A stretch of 64,000 nt of DNA from Alphaproteobacteria bacterium (GTDB lineage: Bacteria; Pseudomonadota; Alphaproteobacteria; DATDPM01). Of the stretch, positions 49,470 to 56,762 are shown in pieces. Both the position numbers and the translations under genes were made by a program. Where the stretch lies: contig JAZGAE010000155.1 of the NCBI GenBank assembly GCA_036475545.1, forward strand, positions 2,291 to 66,290. The letters run 5' to 3'. A model generated the notes under the pieces. It did no database searches, was not told where the DNA came from, and worked only from the letters and a program-made list of their open reading frames with translations. How positions within the stretch are numbered: the first letter of the stretch is position 1; each line of letters opens with the position of its first letter.

Positions 49470-50912
49470 ATGTCGGCACGGGTTCTGGTTGTTGACGACG
49501 TTCCGGCGAACGTCAAGCTGCTGGAAGCGAAGCTGACGGCCGAATATTTCGACGTCATAACGGCCCCCGACGGCCCGTCCGCACTGGCAGCCGCCGAGAG
49601 CGAGTTGCCCGACATCATATTGCTCGACGTGATGATGCCCGAGATGGACGGCTTCGAGGTCTGCCGGCGCCTGCGGGAAAACCCCCGGACCGCGCACATT
49701 CCCGTCGTCATGGTCACGGCGCTCAGCGAGGTTTCCGACCGCGTCCAGGGGCTCGAGGCGGGGGCCGACGATTTCCTCACCAAGCCGGTCAACAACATGG
49801 CGTTGTTTGCCCGCATCAAATCCCTGGTGCGGTTGAAGATGACCATGGACGAATGGCGCCGGCGCGAGGAGACGTGCGACCGGTTCGGCGTTCTTTCCGA
49901 CGGACGCCTGCCGGCCCGGGAAGACGCTTCGGAGGCCCGTGTGCTCGTGGTGGAGACTGGCGAGTCGCGCGGCGATTGGATCGCCAAGGCCTTGGCGCAG
50001 GACGGGGACGAACTCACGACCGCCCCGGGGGCCGAGGCCGGAATCGAGTTGGCGCGAGACGGGGCTTTCGATCTCATCATCACCGATGCGACCGCTTCGG
50101 GCGAGGCGGACGGCGATCCGCTGCGCCTTTGCTCGTCGCTCCGTTCGATGGAGGAATGCCGATCGGTTCCCATCCTCATCATGGTGGAGGCGAACGAGGT
50201 GGAACGCCTGGCCAAGGGGCTGGACCTGGGCGTCAACGATTACATCGTGAAGCCGATGGATCCCCACGAATTATTGGCGCGGGTGCGCACCCAGGTTCGC
50301 GGCAAGCGCTACCAGGATCGGCTTCGCGCCAATTTCGAGCGCAGCCTGTCAATGGCGCTCACCGATAACCTGACCGGCCTCTACAACCGGCGCTACATGG
50401 ACGTCCATCTCGGCACCATGATGCAACGCATGGTCGAAGAGGGCCGGCCCTTGGGCCTGCTCATGATCGATATCGATTTCTTCAAGTCCGTGAACGACCG
50501 ATACGGCCACGGGGTGGGCGACGAGGTCTTGTTCCAGATGGCGAAACGCATCTGCGGCTGCGTCCGCGGCTTCGACATGGTCGCTCGACACGGCGGCGAA
50601 GAGTTCGTCGTCGTGCTCCCCGGAGCGCCCCCCGAGGTTATCCACGGAGTCGCCGAACGTCTTCGGCACGCCATCGCCGAGGAGCCATTCCCTGTTTCCG
50701 ACGCCGTCGGAAAGATCGAGGTCTCGGTCAGCGTCGGCGCCGCCATGGTGGAAGGCCCCGGCGACGCGCCCAAGTCGCTCCTCAAGCGGGCCGACATGGC
50801 GATGTATCAGGCCAAGCGCCAAGGCCGCAATCGTGTGATTGCCGACTTCGATTACGACGAAGACGTAACCTCTGAATCGGCCACGCCGCAGAAACTCTCG
50901 GCCGTTTCCTAA
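49470..50912 (+). CDS. pleD: response regulator / diguanylate cyclase PleD (REC-REC-GGDEF)
   Basis: Two receiver domains followed by a GGDEF domain with a GGEEF active site (RHGGEEFVV) and an I-site RxxD. Confidence 0.85.
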   Translation: MSARVLVVDDVPANVKLLEAKLTAEYFDVITAPDGPSALAAAESELPDIILLDVMMPEMDGFEVCRRLRENPRTAHIPVVMVTALSEVSDRVQGLEAGADDFLTKPVNNMALFARIKSLVRLKMTMDEWRRREETCDRFGVLSDGRLPAREDASEARVLVVETGESRGDWIAKALAQDGDELTTAPGAEAGIELARDGAFDLIITDATASGEADGDPLRLCSSLRSMEECRSVPILIMVEANEVERLAKGLDLGVNDYIVKPMDPHELLARVRTQVRGKRYQDRLRANFERSLSMALTDNLTGLYNRRYMDVHLGTMMQRMVEEGRPLGLLMIDIDFFKSVNDRYGHGVGDEVLFQMAKRICGCVRGFDMVARHGGEEFVVVLPGAPPEVIHGVAERLRHAIAEEPFPVSDAVGKIEVSVSVGAAMVEGPGDAPKSLLKRADMAMYQAKRQGRNRVIADFDYDEDVTSESATPQKLSAVS

Positions 50913-51002
50913 ACCGATGCATTAAGACGGGCGACCCCTCGGGCGCGGTCGAGCTTACCGCTGCCCAGCGGTGCCGGGGCCGTCGAGAGGCACGCCCCGG
51001 CC

Positions 51003-51170
51003 CTATTTGATCCTGGATTCCTTGAAAAGAACGTGCTTGCGCGCGACCGGGTCGTACTTGCGGAGCTGCAGCTTGTCGGTGAGCGTCCGCGGGTTCTTCT
51101 TGGTCACGTAAAAGTAGCCGGTGTCGGCGGTACTGACCATCTTGATGAGGATGGTGGTGGGTTTGGCCAT
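51003..51170 (-). CDS. rpmG: 50S ribosomal protein L33; absent from the ORF track (55 aa)
   Basis: Hand translation: [58 protein letters not shown] at 51168-51170 and TAG at 51003-51005. Confidence 0.9.
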   Translation of the reverse strand: MAKPTTILIKMVSTADTGYFYVTKKNPRTLTDKLQLRKYDPVARKHVLFKESRIK

Positions 51171-51217
51171 CGCGCGTTCCAGCCTCGCACAGAAGAGAAT
51201 TTCAGGGCGCAGAAGAT

Positions 51218-51330
51218 ACCCGCCGGAGGGGACCTGTCAACCCCGCCGGAGGGGACCTGTCAACCCCGCCGGAGAGGACCTGTCAACCCCGCCGGGGGGA
51301 ACCTGTCAACCACGGCGGGGATGGACGCCT
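51218..51330. repeat. Tandem array of about 4.5 copies of a 23-nt unit (ACCCCGCCGGAGGGGACCTGTCA) between ctpA and rpmG
   Basis: Copies at 51218-51239, 51240-51262, 51263-51285 and 51286-51308, plus a degenerate fifth. Each unit contains the near-palindrome CCCCGCCGGAGGGG. Confidence 0.85.
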
Positions 51331-51377
51331 GGCGCGGCCAGCGGAGCCTTCGCGCGCTCGCGGCCGGCCGCGCCGCC

Positions 51378-52988
51378 TCAACGTGTGGCCACGGCCGGGA
51401 AAGAGAGCTGCAAGGCGCGGGCGTAGAGTTCCGCGTCGCCAAGCAGCTTCCGCGTCACCTCCAGGTCGGCCTCCGGCATGCTGTGACGGGACGGGCAGAC
51501 CCGCCGCAGCTCCTCGCTCGTCTCCCGGTCGCGCCCCTGATCGCCGCGCGAGAGGGCGAGGGTGGATCCCGGCTCGGCCGCGCCGCGAAGCAGGTCGTCC
51601 ACCGCGCCGGGCGCCGAGGTCTGCGGGTTGCTGGTGCAGATCGTCGGTGCCACGCCCAGCTCGTGGAGCACCTGGCCGGAGGGCGCATGCATGCGAGACC
51701 AGGTCAAGATCAACTCCCCGTTGTTGGGGAGCCGGATGACGTTCTGCACCGTTCCCTTGCCGAACGAGGTGCTGCCGATCACCAACGCGCGGCCGTGGTC
51801 TTGAAGGGCCGCGGCGACGATCTCTGCGGCCGAGGCGGATTGCCCGTTGATGAGGACGGCCATCGGCAGACCGTTGGCAATATCATCGTCCGTGGCGTCG
51901 AATTCCTGGTTGCTGTCGGGATGGCGGCCGATGGTCGAAAGAATCCGCCCGCGGGAAAGGAAGAGGTCGGCGACGGCCACCGCCTGGTCGAGCAGGCCGC
52001 CAGGGTTGTCCCGCAAATCCAGGACCACTCCCGCGATCTCCGCCTCCTGCTTCAGCTGCGAGAACGCATCGGAGACTTGGGTGGTCGTGCGCTGATTGAA
52101 GCCGATGACGCGAAGGTATGCGAGGTCCCCTTCGAGGCGGGCCTCTACCGTAGTGGGGATGATGAGTTTGCGCGCGAGGGTTAGCTTCAGCGACCCTTCG
52201 AGGCCGGTGCGGGCGAGGGTGAGCTCCACGCGCGAGTCCACCCGCCCGCGCAGGCGCCGTGCGACCGCGCGGTGGTCGAGGCCGGCGACCGGGGCGCCGT
52301 CCACATGGGTAATCAGATCGTCGGCCTGGATGTCCGCCCGCGCCGCCGGCGAGTCCGGAAGGACTGCCGTGACTTGCACGCCATCCCCCGCCAACGCGAA
52401 GCGGATGCCGATCCCGCCGAACCCCTCGCGGGCGGCGCGCTGCTCGAGCGCCTCCTCGGCGCCGGTGTACCGCGAAAACCCGTCCAGCCGGGAGAGAGCC
52501 CCCTCGAACACCACCTGATAAAGCCTTTCCGTGGAGGCATATTCGAGGTGAGGAGAACCCGCCCGACCGGCATCCAAGGCTATCGCGGTGAGCTTCGCCC
52601 ACCCGGCCGCGTCCGCATCGTCGGGCGCGTCGAGCTTGGCGAGGACCCCGTCGGGGCCACGAAGCTCCACCAGGTCGCCGTTGCGCGCGACGGAGATCCC
52701 CGAATCCAGCGTAGACAGTCCCGAAAGTCCCTCGAACGCCACGGTTCCGATGTCAACGGGGTCGACGTAGCGCTCGGTGATGGATTGGTATCCCACCGCA
52801 AACACCCGCCCTACCTCGCCGGCCGGGAATGCGTCGCCGGACCGTTGGCCGGGCGTGGCGCAGGACACCAATGCGGCCGGGACCAGCAGGGCAAGGGAAA
52901 GCCGTTTGAGCGCGGCCACCGGCGCCCCAGTGGATCGGCGGAAACGGCCCCGGATCTTCGCGCCACGGGCTATCTGGGCCCCCATCAT
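51378..52988 (-). CDS. ctpA: S41 family C-terminal processing peptidase
   Basis: PDZ domain followed by an S41 domain (DLRDNPGG, GQSASAAEIVAAAL, FGKGTVQ). The likely start is the ATGATG at 52985-52988; the track extends to 53222. Confidence 0.75.
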   Translation of the reverse strand: MMGAQIARGAKIRGRFRRSTGAPVAALKRLSLALLVPAALVSCATPGQRSGDAFPAGEVGRVFAVGYQSITERYVDPVDIGTVAFEGLSGLSTLDSGISVARNGDLVELRGPDGVLAKLDAPDDADAAGWAKLTAIALDAGRAGSPHLEYASTERLYQVVFEGALSRLDGFSRYTGAEEALEQRAAREGFGGIGIRFALAGDGVQVTAVLPDSPAARADIQADDLITHVDGAPVAGLDHRAVARRLRGRVDSRVELTLARTGLEGSLKLTLARKLIIPTTVEARLEGDLAYLRVIGFNQRTTTQVSDAFSQLKQEAEIAGVVLDLRDNPGGLLDQAVAVADLFLSRGRILSTIGRHPDSNQEFDATDDDIANGLPMAVLINGQSASAAEIVAAALQDHGRALVIGSTSFGKGTVQNVIRLPNNGELILTWSRMHAPSGQVLHELGVAPTICTSNPQTSAPGAVDDLLRGAAEPGSTLALSRGDQGRDRETSEELRRVCPSRHSMPEADLEVTRKLLGDAELYARALQLSFPAVATR

Positions 52989-53254
52989 GGCTCGATCAAA
53001 CCACCGCTTCGTCGTGATTCCGCTGCGCGTGAGGGCCGCCACCCGTCCCCGCCTCATCCGGCCGGCGGCCCCGCAAACGCGGATCGTTGCATCCTTCACC
53101 CGAGGCATCAAGGCGCGCGTGATACTGGGCAACGCAAAGCGCTCCTTGGCGCCACGCCACGGCGGCGAAACGCGCTCTCTCGAAGGCAAGGAACCGTGTG
53201 AGTCATGGGTCGCTGGGAGCATCTCAGCTTCGCTGGGGCTGATTCTTGTAACCG

Positions 53255-53305
53255 CTATGCCATGAATTCATCAAATTATTTTTAATTTTGTGTTACCAGC
53301 CGGGC
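53255..53305. promoter_or_regulatory. the lowest-GC stretch in the window (ccatgaattcatcaaattatttttaattttgtgttaccagcc); a candidate divergent promoter region between ctpA and the hydrolase gene
   Basis: Composition only. Confidence 0.2.
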
Positions 53306-53432
53306 CGCCGACACTGATACTTGCGATATACCTGGGCATGGGACTCAAACTGCCGCGATGCGCTCGCCCGCCGGGGCGGCGGCCGCGGCCCCCTGGCCCT
53401 GGTGCCTTGGTATAGGCCGCGGCACGACCTCG

Positions 53433-54344
53433 ATGACGACAGCGACTCCGCAAGAAGCAAGCGAACAAGGGCGCCCGGCGTGGCTGCCGGAGCGTCTCTT
53501 CCCGTTTGAGAGCCGTTTCCTGGCGATAGACGGCGGGCGCCTGCACTATATCGACGAAGGCGCGGGGCCGGTGCTGTTGCTGTTGCATGGCAACCCCACC
53601 TGGTCCTTCCTCTACAGGGACATCGTCCGCGGCCTCTGCCGCAGCTTCCGTTGCGTCGCGCCCGATTATCCCGGGTTCGGGCTGTCGCGGCCGCCCGGAG
53701 GCTACCGATTCACACCGGCGGAGCATGCCGCGGTCGTGGAGCGGCTCGTGGTCGAGCTCGACCTCAAAGGGGCAATCCTGATGGTGCAGGACTGGGGCGG
53801 TCCCATCGGGCTGGGCGTGGCCGGCCGCCATCCGGCGAGGTTCCGCGGCCTGGTGATCGGGAACACCTGGGCGTGGCCGGTGAACGGCGACCCCCACTTC
53901 GAGTGGTTTTCGCGGCTCATGGGCGGGCCGCTCGGGCGGTTCGCGATTCTGAATTTCAACGCGTTCGTGAACGTGCTGCTGCCAGCCGGAGTGCGGCGCA
54001 CGAAGCTCGCCCCCGAAGTCATGGCCGCATACCGGGGTCCGTTTCCGGACAGGGGCTCTCGACGTCCGACCCACGTGTTCCCGCGCGAGATCATCCAGAG
54101 CCGGGCCTTCCTGGAGGAAGTGGAGGAGGGGCTCCCGAGGCTGCGGCACTTGCCGGCCCTCATACTCTGGGGTGACAGGGACTTCGCCTTCCAGGAGAAG
54201 GAGCGTCGCCGGTTCGAAACGCTCTTCCCGGATCACCGCACCCATATCTTGCGCGGCGCCGGCCATTTCATTCAAGAGGACGCGGCGGACGAAATCTGCG
54301 CCGAGATCGGGGCCTGGTGGAAGGACCGCTTCGGCGCCGGGTGA
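53433..54344 (+). CDS. alpha/beta hydrolase, haloalkane dehalogenase-like
   Basis: Motifs HGNPTWSFLYR, nucleophile elbow VQDWGGPIG, and a C-terminal His (GAGHFIQED). Alternative start: ATG at 53358. Confidence 0.7.
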   Translation: MTTATPQEASEQGRPAWLPERLFPFESRFLAIDGGRLHYIDEGAGPVLLLLHGNPTWSFLYRDIVRGLCRSFRCVAPDYPGFGLSRPPGGYRFTPAEHAAVVERLVVELDLKGAILMVQDWGGPIGLGVAGRHPARFRGLVIGNTWAWPVNGDPHFEWFSRLMGGPLGRFAILNFNAFVNVLLPAGVRRTKLAPEVMAAYRGPFPDRGSRRPTHVFPREIIQSRAFLEEVEEGLPRLRHLPALILWGDRDFAFQEKERRRFETLFPDHRTHILRGAGHFIQEDAADEICAEIGAWWKDRFGAG

Positions 54345-54480
54345 CAGGCGAAAGCATCCGCCGGCCGCCGCGGATCGCGCGAGCCGGCGCCGCGCCTCAT
54401 GGCTCCCTTGGCTCTTGGCGGGAAGGACGGCAAGCAGTGGGCGGCGGGTGCGGCCCCTGGCCCCCGCCCCACGGGCGGGG

Positions 54481-56745
54481 CTATCGCCGACCCCTTATCC
54501 GGGTGGCGCGCTTTTTTCGGGCGGGCGTCCCGCGGCGTCCTGGCGGCTTGGGCGCTCCCTTGCGGCGCGCGGTCTCGGCGGGGCCGGCGAGGTGGCCCAC
54601 GATCTCGAACACGAGGCCGCCGGTGACCGCGTCGGCCTCGATCAGCTCCACCTCCGTCGCGTCACCGAGGGTGAACGTTCGTCCCGAGCGGCGGCCGATG
54701 AGCGAATGGCGGCCTTCGTCGTGGACGTAGTAGTCATCCTGGAGCGACCGGATGGGCACCAGCCCGTCGGCCCCCGTCTCGTCGAGGGTGACGAAGAGGC
54801 CGAACCGGGTGACGCCGGCGATGCGGCCCCAAAAGGTGGCGCCGACGCGATCCTCGAGATAGGCGACGGTGTAGCGGTCGAGCGCGTCGCGTTCGGCGGC
54901 GACGGCACGCCGCTCGGAAGCGGAGACGCGCTCGCCGATCTCGGCGAAACGGGCGCCCTCGTCGGGGCCGAGCCCGCCCCGACCCAGGCCAAGCCCCGCG
55001 ATCAGCGCGCGGTGGACGAGGATGTCGGCATAACGCCGGATCGGCGAGGTGAAATGGCAGTAGCGCCTGAGCGCGAGCCCGAAATGGCCGATGTTCACCG
55101 GCGAATAGACGGCCTGGGCCTGGGCCCTCAGGATCAGCCCGCTCACCAGGTGCTCGTGCCCCAACGCCTCCGCCTGGCGCATGATCCGCGTGAAATGGCG
55201 GGCCCGGATCACCTGGCCCCTGGCGAGCCGGTAGCCCAGTCCTTCGAGGAATTCGCGCAAGGCCTCCACCTTGGCCGGGTCGGGCGTGTCGTGAACGCGG
55301 TACATGCAGGGCTGGCGCACGGCTTCCACGCTTTCCGCCGCGGCCACGTTGGCCGAGATCATGAACTCCTCGATGAGGCGGTGGCTGTCGAGGCGGGGCT
55401 CGGGAGAGAGCCTCGCGATTTTCCCGTCGGGCGCGAAGACCACGCGGCGCTCGGGAAGATCCAGTTCCAGGATGCCGCGCCGGCGCCGCGCCTCGAGAAG
55501 GGCGGAGAAGACGCCAAACAACGGCACGATCACGGGCCCCACCAGGGGCCCGGTGAGATCGTCGGGGCGCCCGTCGTGGGCGGCCTGCACCTGCTCGTAG
55601 GTCAAACGCGCCGCCGAGCGCATGAGGCCGCGCTCGAACCGGTGGCGCAGCTTGTTGCCGTCGGCATCGATCCAGATGTGCACGGCCAGGCACGCCCGGT
55701 CCTCGCCGGGGCGCAGCGAGCATAGTCCGGCCGACAGGGCGTCGGGCAGCATGGGCACCACCCGGTCGGGGAAATAGACCGAGTTGCCGGGCTCGTAGGC
55801 GCACTCGTCGAGGGCGTCGCCGGGCCGTACGTAATGGGCGACGTCGGCAATGGCGACGAGGACGTGCCAGCCTCCGGGGTTGTCGGACTCGGTGTCGGAT
55901 TCCGCCCATACCGCGTCGTCGAAATCGCGGGCGTCGGGCCCATCGATGGTGACCAGCGGAACCCGGCGAAGGTCGGTGCGCCCCCTTGGCCCACAGGGCC
56001 GGGCGGCATCGGCCTGGGCGATGGCCTCGTCCGGGAACTCGACGGGGATGTCGTGACTGTGGATGGCGATGAGGCTTATGGCGCCGGGCTCGTCGGCATG
56101 CCCGACCCGCTTGAGCACCTTCGCGCGCCGCTGGCCGAAGCGGCGGCGGCCGGGCAGGATCTCGGCCTCCACAAGCTCGCCCGAACGGGCCCCGCGCGTG
56201 TCCGCCGGGGCGATGAAAAAGTCGCTCTTGTGGCGGCGGTCGGTGGAGCGCAGCTGCCCGCCCTCGGGCAGGGGGCCGAAGACGCCCAGGATCCGCTGCG
56301 GGCGGCCCGCGATGAGGCGGATGACGCGGCCCTCGTAGACACCGTCCGGGCCGCGCCTGAGCCGCGCCAGCACCCGGTCGCCGAGGCCGATCGCAGGCGC
56401 CCCTCGCCGCTCCGGCGCCAAGTAGATGGTCGGCGGCGGCGCCTCCGCGCGCCAAACCACGGGGCGGGCGAGAAGCTCCCCGTCGGCGTCGATGGCGGAA
56501 ACCTCGATCACCGCCACTTCGGGCATCTCGCCCGGCCGCCTCAGCTTGCGGCCGCGGCCGCGGTCCACCAGCCCCTCGTCCGCCAATTCCTTCAAGAGCC
56601 GCTTGATCTCGGCCCGGTCCGCGCCCCGGAGGCGGAAGGCCCGGGCGATCTCGCGCTTGCCCACCGGACCCGGGCTTTCGCGGATGAAAGCGAGAATCTC
56701 CTCCTTCGTCGGTAAAGAGGGGCGGGCCGTGGGGCGCTTGGGCAA
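54481..56745 (-). CDS. rnr: ribonuclease R
   Basis: 754 aa. Cold-shock domains, RNB catalytic domain (DGPDARDFDDAVW), S1 domain, and a basic C-terminal tail. Confidence 0.9.
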   Translation of the reverse strand: MPKRPTARPSLPTKEEILAFIRESPGPVGKREIARAFRLRGADRAEIKRLLKELADEGLVDRGRGRKLRRPGEMPEVAVIEVSAIDADGELLARPVVWRAEAPPPTIYLAPERRGAPAIGLGDRVLARLRRGPDGVYEGRVIRLIAGRPQRILGVFGPLPEGGQLRSTDRRHKSDFFIAPADTRGARSGELVEAEILPGRRRFGQRRAKVLKRVGHADEPGAISLIAIHSHDIPVEFPDEAIAQADAARPCGPRGRTDLRRVPLVTIDGPDARDFDDAVWAESDTESDNPGGWHVLVAIADVAHYVRPGDALDECAYEPGNSVYFPDRVVPMLPDALSAGLCSLRPGEDRACLAVHIWIDADGNKLRHRFERGLMRSAARLTYEQVQAAHDGRPDDLTGPLVGPVIVPLFGVFSALLEARRRRGILELDLPERRVVFAPDGKIARLSPEPRLDSHRLIEEFMISANVAAAESVEAVRQPCMYRVHDTPDPAKVEALREFLEGLGYRLARGQVIRARHFTRIMRQAEALGHEHLVSGLILRAQAQAVYSPVNIGHFGLALRRYCHFTSPIRRYADILVHRALIAGLGLGRGGLGPDEGARFAEIGERVSASERRAVAAERDALDRYTVAYLEDRVGATFWGRIAGVTRFGLFVTLDETGADGLVPIRSLQDDYYVHDEGRHSLIGRRSGRTFTLGDATEVELIEADAVTGGLVFEIVGHLAGPAETARRKGAPKPPGRRGTPARKKRATRIRGRR

Positions 56746-56762
56746 GACGGCGGCGGGCGGGT

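Noticed and set aside
51218-51330. A CRISPR array.
   Set aside because: The 23-nt units are directly adjacent with no spacers, and there are no cas genes in the window.
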